DNA of 62,851 bases, counting the filler, from Octopus bimaculoides (Eukaryota): the NCBI RefSeq assembly GCF_001194135.2. It is 7 parts of 5 records of this genome, joined end to end, with 100 filler letters (N's around TTAATTAATTAA, not from the genome) between each part and the next. Parts side by side here need not be neighbours in the genome. Positions count along the whole stretch, not along the records: positions 17,537 to 31,610 come from NC_068982.1; positions 31,711 to 58,965 come from NC_068984.1; 5 more parts are not named here. The stretch is one strand, 5' to 3'. The position numbers were made by a program, and so were the translations under genes. Each line of letters opens with the position of its first letter. Position 1 is the first letter of the stretch. Positions 24,609 to 37,900 of this stretch are shown here, piece after piece. The notes below the pieces were generated by a model that saw only the letters and a program-made list of their open reading frames with translations, did not search any database and was not told the DNA's origin.

Positions 24609-24800
24609 TCCTTTCTACTATAGGAACAAGGCCTCAAATTTTGGAGGAAGGGACTAATCGATTACATCGACCCCAGTGTTTCACTGGTACTTACTTAATT
24701 TATTGACCCTGAAAGGATGAAAGGCAAAGTTGACTTCAGCGGAATTTGAACTCAGAACATAAAGACAGATGAAATTCTACTAAGCATTTTGCCTGGCGGC
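24070..24800 (-). mobile_element. Three head-to-tail copies of tRNA-derived SINE family C separated by (AAT)n
   Basis: Copies at about 24070-24275, 24312-24521 and 24609-24800, each the reverse complement of the family-C copy at 55570-55806. Confidence 0.85.
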
Positions 24801-25483
24801 ATATAATAATAATAATAATAATAATAATGATAAAGCACAGAATAGTTACTGTTGAAATGCTAGTAATGATGGGTATGTTTAGTTAGGGCTCACCTGGGGT
24901 TCAACAACAACAACAACAACAACAACAGTAGCATGATGCTGTTCTTCTCTGTACAACTTTATAATAATACTTTCTATTATCATTAGTTGTGGTTGTTATT
25001 TAACTCTAGGTCATCCTTGATCAAGCTGACCTACAATCAAAGGCATTCCAACTTTGACCATCCTGTTCTTTTCTTGTGAGGAGGGAGCCCAAGACAACAT
25101 TATCCAAAATTTTCACTTATTTTTGAAGACCACAGTGTGTGATATGAGAGGTTGAATGATCATGTTGAAGGCCCCCTCATTGGCTTGTGTACTTTCATTA
25201 CTGTTTATGCTGTATGAGTCTGTAATTTGATTTGTTACTGCAGTAAAGTATATTGCTGATGTAGTAATTAGTGTTGTTGTTGTTGTTGTTATTTCAACCA
25301 CAAAATCACAAACAACAACACTGATTATTTACAAAACCACATGCTGTGCCTTGACAAATCATAACAAAACAGGGAAGGAAGGGCTTCACATGGTTGTTCA
25401 GTCTTCTAGAAATAGCAACTAAATGTCTCTTAAATAGCATTACATTACCTTAAATATAGAAAGAGTATGTTAGATGATATAAT

Positions 25484-25522
<39 letters not shown>

Positions 25523-25939
25523 NNNNNNNNNNNNNNNNNNNNNNNNNNNNNNNNNNNNNNNNNNNNNNNNNNNNNNNNNNNNNNNNNNNNNNNNNNNNNN
25601 NNNNNNNNNNNNNNNNNNNNNNNNNNNNNNNNNNNNNNNNNNNNNNNNNNNNNNNNNNNNNNNNNNNNNNNNNNNNNNNNNNNNNNNNNNNNNNNNNNNN
25701 NNNNNNNNNNNNNNNNNNNNNNNNNNNNNNNNNNNNNNNNNNNNNNNNNNNNNNNNNNNNNNNNNNNNNNNNNNNNNNNNNNNNNNNNNNNNNNNNNNNN
25801 NNNNNNNNNNNNNNNNNNNNNNNNNNNNNNNNNNNNNNNNNNNNNNNNTCTCTCATTACACACACAAACATACCTACATCTGTATAAACACAACTCTATA
25901 CGGGCACGTGTACATGCACACAAACACAGACACACATAA

Positions 25940-25974
<35 letters not shown>

Positions 25975-26479
25975 TAGAGAGGGGGAGAGAGAGTGATATA
26001 TATATATATGGGAAAATAATGGGAAAATGAATATGAGATGACCATGATAGGAATGTTTTTGACTATATATCTGCTTGAGCAGGGTTGTCTTGAAGTTAAG
26101 CAACCACAACAATATCAAAAATTAAAATATTTTGCATTGTCATAATTTAACCATTTCAATAAGAACTCCATCCAACACATTGTAGTAGCATCACACTAAC
26201 AAAACAAAAACAAAAAAAACAACCATCACAACAATGTGCATTGTTGTAATGCACATTAACAAAAAATAAATATCAGCAACTTCGACACTAGGGTTTGTTA
26301 TTTCAGCTGTCAGTGATGTTATAATGAACTATAATTTTGTTGTAATTGGTGTTAAGGTAATGATATTGTGAAGGCCAGTGTTGTGGTATGAGGTCCTATT
26401 GTGATAATGGTCAGTGTTATGATAATCCTTATTGTGATAACGCTATATTAGAATATGTCAATCTATGTTATTTCTTCCT

Positions 26480-27165
26480 AAAGCAGCAAGTTGGTAGAGT
26501 CATTAACACATCAGACAAGATGTTTAGCAGTATTTCATCCGTCTTGAGTTCAAATACCACTGAGGTCAACTTTGCCTTTCATCCTTTCGGGGGTCAATAA
26601 AATAAGTACCAGTTGAGTACTGGGGTCGATGTGATTGACTTAGCCCCTCCCCCAAAATTGCAAGCCTTATGCCAAAATTTGAAACCAATCTATGTTATTT
26701 CATCCTGCTGTTTATGTCCTGAGTTCAAATCTCACCAATGTTTACTTTGCCTATCATCCTTCTAGACCAGGGGTTTTCAAACTTTTTGACTTGCGGACCT
26801 CTTTATATCTCAGGCTTTACCCTTATAAACGCTTATGAAATTTATACATAAATATTTGCTTAAAATAGCATATATTTTTACATTTATTTATTTAACAGTA
26901 TTTAACAAATAGGTTTATTGTCAATTAAAAGATTTCGATTAAAAAACATATATAAAATCAAATTGCCCATAAAAAGTATTTGGTGTCCACGGACCCCCTG
27001 TCTTGTCCTTGCGGACCCCCTGTGGTCCGCGGACCACAGTTTGAAAACCCCTGTTCTAGACTCAATAAAATTTAGTACCAGTCAAGTAGTAAAATACTGG
27101 AGTTGATGGTATTGACTAACCCACTCTATTCCAATATCAGGCCTTGCACTTATATTAAAAATCAA
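26480..27165 (+). mobile_element. Two family-C SINE copies, the second interrupted by a hAT MITE
   Basis: gagttcaaat...actttgcct.tcatcctt repeated; the sequence resumes after 27061. Confidence 0.75.
26768..27053. mobile_element. hAT (Charlie-like) MITE
   Basis: TIR caggggttttcaaact / agtttgaaaacccctg; perfect 8-bp TSD ttctagac at 26760-26767 and 27054-27061. Confidence 0.93.
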
Positions 27166-27384
27166 GGTATTGCTTATGATCTGAAGATCACAGTTGTTTT
27201 TGTTACTGTTGTGGCTATATTGACAAGTTTGAGTCCAGTAGTGTTATAGCAATGATGTAAATCAAGTATGGGCCACATGAGTCATAGTTCATCATCAGGT
27301 GAGCCACAATACTAAAAGAATTGAAGGTAATTTTCCATTTGGCATGCAATTCAGAAAGTCCAGTGGGCTTCAGGTTGCCCATAC

Positions 27385-27480
27385 CTGATGCAAACTGATG
27401 GTTCTCAAACAGACTAATACCAGCACCAACCCTAGCCACAAATATAAGAGAAATATTTTGCTGCCACCCATTTCCCTTTA
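27385..27480 (-). CDS. Candidate 96-nt exon of an unidentified minus-strand gene
   Basis: Acceptor gtcttttcattag and donor CAG/GTATGG; two frames open (MGGSKIFLLYLWLGLVLVLVCLRTISLHQ, signal-peptide-like, or KGNGWQQNISLIFVARVGAGISLFENHQFAS). No homology recognised. Confidence 0.3.
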
Positions 27481-28114
27481 CTAATGAAAAGACAAACTAG
27501 AGTCTGTTTCCATATACTTCTTTTTTCTTCAACAGGACATTGATTGTAAAAACATCCTGATTGTAAAAATTTAAAAGATTAATTTTATTCAAAATGGCAT
27601 CTCCTTTTTTCAATCCTCATCCCAGCCTTTCAGAAATACTGATTGAATAGTTACATAAATGTCTATAGAGAATCTACACCCGCTGTACACTTGTTATTGA
27701 CTTTGTACACATTAGGGCAGGGTCATGTATTCTATAGTATGATAACCCATTGTCAAAAATATATCAGAGAAACCAAGAGATAGAGCTAGTTGAAGATTAA
27801 TTTGGTATCCAACTGTTCTTGACTATTCAAAGGTTGAGTGCATAAGACAGTCTTGGTGGAAAGAAGGAGTATACAACGTTATCATAAGTGCAGTCCATCG
27901 TATATGAGATTATCAGGGAGTCTATGCATGTTTAATCATTATATATGTACATGTTTATCAAAGAAGCCTTTTTTATGCAGGTGACAAACGGCAGACTATG
28001 ATACAACCAATATTGTTGTTGGAACTTATGTGATACACCATTTGTTTAAGTTAATAATAGACCAAGTTATAGACAAACTACTAGATTGACTAAATTTATT
28101 ATATCACTGTAGAG

Positions 28115-28766
28115 CAGTGGTTCTCAACTGGGGTCCATATGGCCCTTTGGGGTCCATATAAGATTTTGCTGTAAAAATTTATGCACAATAAATTGCTTTA
28201 TACTTCTACAATTGTTGTTGGCACTCCGTCGCTTACGACGTCAAGGGTTCCAGTTGATCCAATCAACGGAACAGCCTGCTCGTGAAATTAACGTGCAAGT
28301 GGCTGAGCACTCCACAGACACATGTACCCTTAACGTAGTTCTCGGGGATATTGAGCATGACACAGTGTGACAAGGCTGACCCTTTGAATTACAGGCACAA
28401 CAGAAACAGGAAGTAAGAGTGAGAGAAAGTTGTGGTAGAAGAGTACAGCAGGGTTCACCACCATCTCTTGTCGGAGCCTCGTGGAGCTTTAGGTGTTTTC
28501 GCTCAATAAACATTCACAACGCCTGGTCTGGGAATCGAAACCACGATCCTATGACCACAAGTCCGCTGCCCTAACCACTGGGCCATTGCGCCTCCACACT
28601 TCTACAATACACAAGATATAAATTTTTTTTCTATACAGTTTCTCATGATATTTAATTATAGAAATACATAGGATTGTTTTTAAATAGATTGAATGTCTAT
28701 GAGGATCCAGTAGAGTAAAATAGGGATCAAAGGGGTTCATAGGCAAAAGGGGGTTGAGAACTACAG
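28115..28766. mobile_element. Older hAT MITE containing a nested SINE
   Basis: Left end cagtggttctcaac, decayed right end gttgagaactacag; imperfect 8-bp TSD ctgtagag/ctatagac. Confidence 0.7.
28213..28597 (-). mobile_element. tRNA-derived SINE, family A, full length
   Basis: Head gtggaggcgcaatggcccagtggttagggcagcgga...gtggtttcgattccc; 11-bp TSD acttctacaat at 28202-28212 and 28598-28608. Confidence 0.92.
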
Positions 28767-29259
28767 CTATAGACCATGTGATAGTCTAACTACATGGCTC
28801 TCAAAATCTATTGTATAATTGTTGACCATTCATGATATACTACATGTTGGAATGTAATCTGTGCTGAGAGAACATGTGGCTTTATTAGTTAAATAAATCT
28901 TAGACAGACACATGGTTGGATGGGTAATATAGTGTAGGTTGTGTTTGCTTTTTATACCCTATAAAGTTAAGTTTGTGATAGAGTATGAGGTTATCTTAAT
29001 AAGGTTCAGTTAAAGTACCTCTTCACACAAACGTACCAGCAACAGTCAAAAACAAGTAAAAAAATATACTATATCATGAGGGTGCTCCAGCATGACCGCA
29101 GCCACTTGGCTGAAACGCATAAATAAATATTAAAAAATTCAAACAACTGAACCTGTGGAAACATCTATTAGTTTTAGTGTCTGTGCATAACAGGAATGAC
29201 AGAATATTGACATAAAGATCCTGATAAATAAATAATAAATAAATAAATAATAATAATAA

Positions 29260-29440
29260 TTTCAAAATTTGGTTCATTGATCCCCCCCAGTACTTAACTG
29301 GTACTTACTTATTTTATTGACTCCCTGAAAGAATGAAAGCAAAGTCAACTTTGATGGAATTTGAACTTAGAACACAAAGATGGACAAACTGCCACTAAGC
29401 ATTTTATCCAGCTTGCTAACCATTCTGCCAGCTCACTGGC
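29260..29440 (-). mobile_element. tRNA-derived SINE, family C
   Basis: Matches the family-C copies at 24070-24800 and 55570-55806. Confidence 0.75.
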
Positions 29441-30207
29441 ATAACGATGATGATGATGATGAAGAAGAAGAAGAAGCTAAAAGTGTACTTTAGTGGGAAA
29501 TAAATCAACTCACCTGTATTGGTCAGCTAGGTAAGAAATCCAAAGTGAAAATGTTTGAGTTTATAGATCAAATCAGATTTAAAATCTCACGTCCTTGACT
29601 GAAAATTATCAGTGTAGCAATACATCATTTATCATCACTATATACCCTGCTGTTTGTACATACAGATATACAACAGCAGTCTTTATGTATGTATGTGTGA
29701 GTGTATATATATATATATGCACACAGATTGTAAACAAGCACTTGTAGTATCCTCCAGATATTACTTCAACATTAAGTGGCCTTTTTTTTTGTTTTTTCTT
29801 CTTCTTATTGTTGTTGTTGAAGGTGATATGGTTGATGTTGCTATAAGCACACAGCTGTAATAATCACCATGCTAAATTTTTTATCTTTATGAATCTATTA
29901 TTTAGTTATATGTGTGTGTATATAAATGTATATATGTATGTGTGTGTGTGTGTGCAATTTAAGTGCTATTAATTAATAAACAGAACTAGAGAAGACCAAA
30001 GAAGTATGCAAGCAGTTAAATGCTAAAGGTAAATTGGAAGTTGTGTTTATAAACAATTAATTAAATGTGTATATTAATGAATAAATATTTGAAAATTTGA
30101 TTGGAAAGGTTTAATTGACTAATTATGAATGAAATATATATATTTATATATATGGAGAGAAGAGAGAAAGTTGCATAAATAATATTGTTTTAAGTAAGTC
30201 ACTACAC

Positions 30208-30251
<44 letters not shown>

Positions 30252-30474
30252 NNNNNNNNNNNNNNNNNNNNNNNNNNNNNNTATGTATATATTTATATTT
30301 TTGGCCATTTAAAGAATTATGATTTGTTGTTCAAATTGATAAATATTCCAACTTCTTCGAAGTTATTAATTTACTCAGAACTTTTCATGTTACACAGAGA
30401 CAAAAAAATTTCTTTAGTTACACAGTAACATGCAGGCATATATTTATGCATTCAACATAGACAGATAGATAGAC

Positions 30475-30545
<71 letters not shown>

Positions 30546-31105
30546 GTGTCTATATTTGTATAACTATTTCTCTGTGCATATAGGTATTTCACTTTCGCTT
30601 CTGTTCCGCGTGGTGTGTAGTCTCTATCAGAGTGAGAAACGAATGTCAATAGTTGTATGGAAGGCTTAATCTCCCGTGGAAAGTGAGTAGAGCGACGAAA
30701 GAGAAAGTCGTGTTTGTGTGCAAGCCTGCTTGAAACTTCTTTATAGTATCTTTCACACTGATCCGGTCTTATAATAAACAGCAACTTACTAATGCCACAA
30801 GGCTCTCTTACCACTCACTGCTATAAGCTAGCCTATCTCCCACCGTCACCACATCGTATTTCCTACCTCTTCCTTTTTAACTACCATTCTTTTCTTCTCT
30901 TCCTCTCTGTCTCTCTCTCTCTCTTTCTCCTCCCTTCTCTCGCTTGTATTCGCCCCTCCTTTCCTAATTTTGTTGGTAAAACAAAACAATAACCAGCTAG
31001 TTTCTCTAAAGCTCTGTCTCCACCCTCTCTTTCTTCCTTCATATCTATCTATCTATGTATGTATGTATGTATGTATGTATGTATGTATGTATGTATGTAT
31101 GTATG

Positions 31106-31178
<73 letters not shown>

Positions 31179-31320
31179 ATCTGTCTGTCTGTCTGTCTGT
31201 CTTCCTTTCGTCAAACACTTTGTTCTTTCCTTTCTTTCATTCGTTCTTTCTTGCTTTCTTTCTTTCTCTCCGCCAGCGGAAAAAAGAAACACCTCCCCCA
31301 ACACCAACAATAACAACAAC

Positions 31321-31357
<37 letters not shown>

Positions 31358-31610
31358 GCCACAACAACAGCCCGCTAACCCTCTCAGTGCTTCCATTTCT
31401 CTTTCTTCGTTTTCCCCTTTTCTCTCCTACACAACCCCCAACCTCTCTGTTTGCCTGTTTGTCTGTCTGTCTGTCTGTCTGCCTCAGACACCCACACTTT
31501 CCGCCAGGTTGAGACCCACGGGAAAACACCCACCACCACCACCACCACCACCAGCGTCACGGATACCACCGCTGTCACCGCTGCTACTGTCGCCACCGCT
31601 GCCACCACCA

Positions 31611-31710
31611 NNNNNNNNNNNNNNNNNNNNNNNNNNNNNNNNNNNNNNNNNNNNTTAATTAATTAANNNNNNNNNNNNNNNNNNNNNNNNNNNNNNNNNN
31701 NNNNNNNNNN
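31611..31710. other. Artificial scaffold spacer
   Basis: TTAATTAATTAA at 31655-31666 with 44 N on each side. Confidence 0.95.
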
Positions 31711-31974
31711 AAGGCGATCTTGACAATGGATTCGGTTGGTAGCCGGATTCGTCATTCACATAAGAGATGCTCGACATAAACGCACATGTCAGCAATGTTC
31801 GAGTTGTATAATGAAAAATATATTAATAATTTGGTGCAACTCAAACGATGAATGAGATCAGACACCATCAAGAAAAGCGTACTCTTCAAAATACTAGTTT
31901 AAAAATCTAAAAAATTCCAAAGGAAAATTTGTAATATATAAAATCTAAGAAAATCTCTTAGTGCTAACGCACCG

Positions 31975-32165
31975 AGATCTATCAAATGGTGATCGATACT
32001 TTCGTTACCTTTCCCGCAGATTCTACATTTGGTGTCTCTTTGAGTTTTGTCGATCTTTGCCTTTATCAGATTTGTTCTAAGGGCTTGTTCCTGAGCGGCT
32101 ATAATTCGCATTTCTGTCTCTTGTTTCAAGTTCTTGTCCGTCAACCAAAGCCAGATCTCCATTTA
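31975..32165 (-). mobile_element. R4/Dong-like non-LTR retrotransposon fragment (pre-endonuclease, zinc knuckle)
   Basis: WLTDKNLKQETEMRIIAAQEQALRTNLIKAKIDKTQRDTKCRICGKGNESIDH matches WL..G.LK.ETE..I.AAQDQAL.TN...KCR.C....ETI.H. Confidence 0.8.
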
Positions 32166-33059
32166 AGGCCCGAAAATCAAAATATATTATTATCACGTGA
32201 TATTTAAATAAAATAAAACTAAAACTAAGAGTGATGCAACAAATGAAGAAATATTTAATACAGAGCAAGAAAATAGAGAACTTGAATCGACTTGAGATGT
32301 CTGTGGCTAAAATTTGAAAACAGGAGACCCACAGTTGTCCCAGAATAGTCTCGCAGTGACAATCAAAATTACCCAAAATATAAAATAACTTTTGATCAAA
32401 GTGACATTTTAGAAATTTAATGTAACTAAGAAAAGAAACAAACAAAATAAGACAAAAGGAGAGAAAAACTAGGAAGGGATGAGAGAGGTTCATAAATACT
32501 TGTCATTAACAGGTTTACAACAGCTGTAGTGGAACTGAATCAGTTTGCAGGTCGCAGAAGTGTGACGAAACCTTTTGATACTTCATAATAGACAGAACTA
32601 TTAATGATTAAACGACGATTGGATGTAACTGGCTTGGTGTGTTTTGGAATGGTCCAACTGTGTCTTCTACTATGTAAATGCTATATGCAAATGTGTGTGT
32701 GTGTGTGTGTGTGTGTGTATCCGCGCGCGCGCGCCAGTTGGTACATATGCTTGTAGAGAGTGGTGCAAATTGCTTCCTAATTTCGAACGAAGCGGATGCA
32801 TTTAAGAAACACACACACAACACGCACACACGCGCACACACACACATACACACACACACACACATACACACACACATTCTCTCTGTTTCTCTGTCTCTTT
32901 GCCTCTGTCTGTCTGTCTGTCTGCCTGTCTGTCTGTCTCTGTTATTATTTACAGAAACAATAATTGTTGACAATCAAAGTTAAAAAGTTGTTTTAACCGA
33001 TTTAGAAAACATGTTTTATAGAACAAATATAATTGTGTGGGTACCACACCCTTCTCAAG

Positions 33060-33090
<31 letters not shown>

Positions 33091-33229
33091 TCTCCCTCTC
33101 TCTCCTTCCCCCTCTCCCCCTCCATATATGTTTGTGTGAGTGTCTGTATGTGTGTGTGTGCGTAGAGACACATACGCATGTATCTCTTCCATTTTATATG
33201 TGTCCCCCATTTTACATTATTTTCTCACT

Positions 33230-33590
33230 CTCTGACTCACATACACACACATACACACATACACACACGTACATACATACGCACATACACACATACACAC
33301 ACATACACACATACACACACGTACATACATACGCACATACACACATACACATACACACATACACACACATAGACACACATGCGCACATACACACATACAC
33401 ACACATAGACACACATACGCACATACACACACACATACACACATACACATACAAATACACATACACATATACACACACATACACACACATACACACATAC
33501 ACACACATACACACATGCACACACATACACACATACACACACATATACACATGCACATACACACGCATACACACATACATATCCATGCAC
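33230..33590. repeat. (CATACA/CACATA)n compound microsatellite
   Basis: Direct inspection; source of the long HT/YT ORFs. Confidence 0.95.
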
Positions 33591-33794
33591 ATTTTCTCTC
33601 TTCTGAGAGTTCCTCGCTCTTCCGTCCTTCCCGAGAGGGGTAGGGATGGAAGGGGGGAGGTAGGAGAAGAGAGTAATTTCAAGACAAAGTCAAAATACAC
33701 CTCTCTCTCTTTCCCCCTCTCTCTCTCTCCCCCTCTCTNNNNNNNNNNAAGTCAAAATACACCTCTCTCTCTTTCCCCCTCTCTCTCTCTCCCC

Positions 33795-33843
<49 letters not shown>

Positions 33844-34835
33844 TCTCTCTCACAGTCACTTATTACGGTCACCCTCACATCTTTCCCTCCACCCCTATCT
33901 TACTCGTTCCTTCTCTCTTCCTACCACTCTCTTCCTCCCACTCTTCTTATCATTATCACTTTACTCTCCCTTCCTTCTCTGCTCCCCCTCCCCGTCCCCA
34001 TCCCATCTCTATTTCCCCGCTTCTTTCATTTATTCCTATATTCCTGCTAGCTGTCATTCCACCATTCCAATGTTCAAACGATCTCATAAACCTACATTCC
34101 GATCGTTTCACCTTATTACCTCACTACGTCTAATATATTCTCTCATTCACCTTATTCAAGAAACACTGCCCCCCTCACTCTCTCTCCTTCAATATACACA
34201 TCACTTTACTCTCCCCTCGTAACCCCTAATAGTCTCACCTCATTTTCCCTTTCTATCAATAATGAACCTAGAATAGTCCAAAGAGGAAGAAGAAAAGTAA
34301 AGAGACAACCAGAAGCGCCAAAGCAACAGCAGAAACATGAAGATGGCCGAGGCCAACCCAATAAATATTCTTGAGTTTCTTCCGGTTTAATTCCTCCGTT
34401 GGAGAAAATGGACAGAGACGGAATTTTAGTGAAGTATAATTCTTGAGAGGAGCGATTAGGAAGAAATTTATTTGGTGAGTTACCAGAGTAGAGGTGAAAA
34501 GAAGAAGAGTGAAAAGGAACTTTAAAGTAGCCGTGTAAGGATTAGAGAGAGGGGGAGGAGAAGGATGGAGAGAGACAGACAGACAGACAGACAGGCAGAG
34601 ACGGAGAGAGATGGAGAGAGACAGAGAAAGACAGAGAAGATAAAGGAGGAGAGTAAGGGGTGCAAAACGTTGATGACCCATTTTTTACTTTGTATTTTTT
34701 TAAAGCCGTTTTCGTTGATTTTGGGAAAAAAATGTTTTGTTTGTCGATCATGGAAAAACTTCAGAAGTTGTAGGATTTCAGATTTGTAGAAAAATTGGGG
34801 ATGAATGTCACCTAATCTCTCCTATTCTTGTGTAG

Positions 34836-34961
34836 GTCAAACCACCTCCCTTGCTGGCTTTACTCGTCCTCTGACTGCTCTTCATTGCAGTCTCTCAAAC
34901 TTGAATCTAATCTCGATGGGGACTGACAAAAGATGTGTGCATGAATACGATTTGTTTAAAG
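34836..34961 (+). CDS. Candidate 126-nt exon of an unidentified gene
   Basis: Branch-like ctaat, pyrimidine tract and tgtag acceptor; donor AAAG/GTGATG; only the phase-1 frame is open: (G)QTTSLAGFTRPLTALHCSLSNLNLISMGTDKRCVHEYDLFK. Confidence 0.55.
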
Positions 34962-35284
34962 GTGATGAAAAGATTAATTTAACCAAAGTTATTTATGAGG
35001 AAACATCTCCATCATGACCAGTGAAAAGGTAAACAGATCTTAATGGTGATATCGTTAAAGAAGAAAAACATTGTCACTAGAACACAAAACCAGTTGCAGC
35101 TAAAATTATGATAAATAATAACTGCTCACTATCAACGGAAGATCGGAGGATGTAATGTCTGGAATTGTACAGTATAAACAATGAGTAATCTCTACACTGC
35201 ATAATATAAGCGTTGTACAAGATAACCATTGCATAGTGTAAACACTGTACAATCCAAACACTACAGTATACGCACTGAATGATA

Positions 35285-35432
35285 TAGGGTGTTCAAAAAG
35301 TCTCTCCGCAGTCAGTATTTAATGGGTTTCGGGCGATTCTTGTACACTGATCCTTTACTTGCATCCCTGAAAAAAGTCTAGTGGTGTTAAATCGGGTGAT
35401 CTTGGTGGCCAAAGTCCCTTCGAAATAATCCG
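35285..35432 (-). mobile_element. Tc1/mariner 3' fragment with TIR
   Basis: Minus-strand WPPRSPDLTPLDFF...KDQ.YKNRP; TIR tagggtgttcaaaaagtctc next to TA. Confidence 0.85.
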
Positions 35433-35532
35433 NNNNNNNNNNNNNNNNNNNNNNNNNNNNNNNNNNNNNNNNNNNNNNNNNNNNNNNNNNNNNNNNNNNN
35501 NNNNNNNNNNNNNNNNNNNNNNNNNNNNNNNN

Positions 35533-35570
<38 letters not shown>

Positions 35571-37408
35571 TTGTCTTCGTTTCAGCCATGCGGATGTGGT
35601 CGAGCTGGAGCACGACCGTGATTTTGCACTTTTACATATCCTCTTTGGCCGATCTCTTCAGGGTAGTAGGACTTCATACCACCCCCCTCCTGTGTGTTCT
35701 TTCTTATTGGTTGGTGATCCATTTGGTGTATGAGAGAGTTTGACATTGCTTCCCTCATCTATATCTGATGCTGAGCCGTTGGTTCTTCTTGTACCGTGCC
35801 TTGGAGTATGTCTCGTTCCTGGCTGAGGACATCCACGTCCATATTGTCTAGGTTTCTTGATTTGTGGAGGGTGGAGGGTGGAGATCATAAGGAGGCACAA
35901 GGCGCCTACCTGCTAGAAAGAAGAGTTAAAACCGGCAGTCGGGCGAACAGATCAAAGAATTCTTAACAGACCTATATATATATAGGTATGTTAAAAAATG
36001 TTTAACCCGTTTTTCAGGCAGATTTTCATTGTCGCAAGAAGGTATATGTAAACAGATGGAAGATTCGATCAGCGTGTGCAGAGAGCAGAGTAAGAGTGGA
36101 GAATATAAATATGGAGAGCAATTAGGAATATAAAAAAGAAAATAGAAAGGAATAAAAAGAATAAAAACAAGGAAGTGGGAGAGTTAGGGAATGGAAGCAA
36201 GGTCATTTGACCGGTAGTTTTCAATAGGGCTATTTTGATGGAGTCATAAAGATTTGCAAGGGGAGTGGTATTTGAAAAATAGATAATGTGGAAGGAAGAG
36301 GGTGGGGAAACATTTGTGGTCAAGGGGGAGAAAAAGTATGCTTGAAGAGATGGAGTAGTATTTGAATTGGAATTCAAGAGAGAATGGGGAAGAATTGTAG
36401 AAACTGCTACAAACTATCATTTAAGGAATGTATATTGCTGTGCGCGAGTGTGTTTACAGTAAGAAGTAATAAAGGTGTATGTGGGAGTATGAACTTGGGA
36501 TCTATTTTAAAACAGGGGCACCAGTATTTTCTTAACGAAACACTAACGAAACACTTTGAAACTTAGGACACTGGTAGAATGTGTCATATAAAACATCTTT
36601 TACTCTTAGTCTTCTTAACAAAAAAAACCNNNNNNNNNNNNNNNNNNNNNNNNNNNNNNNNNNNNNNNNNNNNNNNNNNNNNNNNNNNNNNNNNNNNNNN
36701 NNNNNNNNNNNNNNNNNNNNNNNNNNNNNNNNNNNNNNNNNNNNNNNNNNNNNNNNNNNNNNNNNNNNNNNNNNNNNNNNNNNNNNNNNNNNNNNNNNNN
36801 NNNNNNNNNNNNNNNNNNNNNNNNNNNNNNNNNNNNNNNNNNNNNNNNNNNNNNNNNNNNNNNNNNNNNNNNNNNNNNNNNNNNNNNNNNNNNNNNNNNN
36901 NNNNNNNNNNNNNNNNNNNNNNNNNNNNNNNNNNNNNNNNNNNNNNNNNNNNNNNNNNNNNNNNNNNNNNNNNNNNNNNNNNNNNNNNNNNNNNNNNNNN
37001 NNNNNNNNNNNNNNNNNNNNNNNNNNNNNNNNNNNNNNNNNNNNNNNNNNNNNNNNNNNNNNNNNNNNNNNNNNNNNNNNNNNNNNNNNNNNNNNNNNNN
37101 NNNNNNNNNNNNNNNNNNNNNNNNNNNNNNNNNNNNNNNNNNNNNNNNNNNNNNNNNNNNNNNNNNNNNNNNNNNNNNNNNNNNNNNNNNNNNNNNNNNN
37201 NNNNNNNNNNNNNNNNNNNNNNGCAGGTGAAAAAAGAGAAAAAGAGAATAATAGTAAGGAAAGATAAAGATAGATAAAAATATATAAACGACAATAAGGA
37301 GTTAAAGGGAATATAATGGAAATATATTGGTGGTTTAATATATAGTGGTTGTGAGGGTAAATACGGGGCAAATGTTAATGAAGGCGGGGGGGGGATGCGG
37401 GGGGGTTG

Positions 37409-37900
37409 TTATTTGCATGTTGAGAATAGATTGCGTAACCGATGTTTGCAGGTAAAAATTATGCTGTCGCGTTCATTAAGACAATCCGTGGATTGCGTAA
37501 TAGCTAAGGCCTCGGCTATGCAAAGATCATATTTGTTATTATAACTGCTGTATGGTTTGGCGTGGGTGACTATGGACCACTTGAGAGTGTAAGGAGTTGA
37601 ATCATTCTTTAGCTTATGAATAAGCTGAGATAAAGATGTACTATTGGATCTTGACTGGGACTTGAAATATACTGTTCCTATACCCGGCACAACTAGATGA
37701 ACGACATCGAACATCCGTCATAGATTAGCGTGAGGAATTCGAGCCACTTTATAGCAATAAGAAGCACAGAAGATGTAACTGTATTTTAAGCTTTATATAA
37801 TATACATGTTTCATTGAATTGTGTGTCATTATTACGCAAGGCAATTGACCAAATTGCGTAATACAATTGACTCATCTCCGCAGCATTCTCGGCGAATAAT
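37409..37900 (-). mobile_element. Penelope-like element relic, GIY-YIG endonuclease end
   Basis: STSLSQLIHKLK...YTLKWSIVTHAKPY...KYDLCIAEALAI...LNERDSIIFTCKH matches the ST.LS..I..LK...Y.IKW.I...PY...C.LC..E..I...LN.R.E...CRH pattern. Confidence 0.8.

Noticed and set aside
26340-26445. YHN-repeat peptide (minus) or YCDN-repeat peptide (plus)
   Set aside because: Two degenerate ~33-bp tandem units with early stops and no convincing splice sites.
34268-34681. Minus-strand ORF ending in a hydrophobic stretch
   Set aside because: Hydrophobicity follows from the purine/pyrimidine skew; the N-terminal half is microsatellite.
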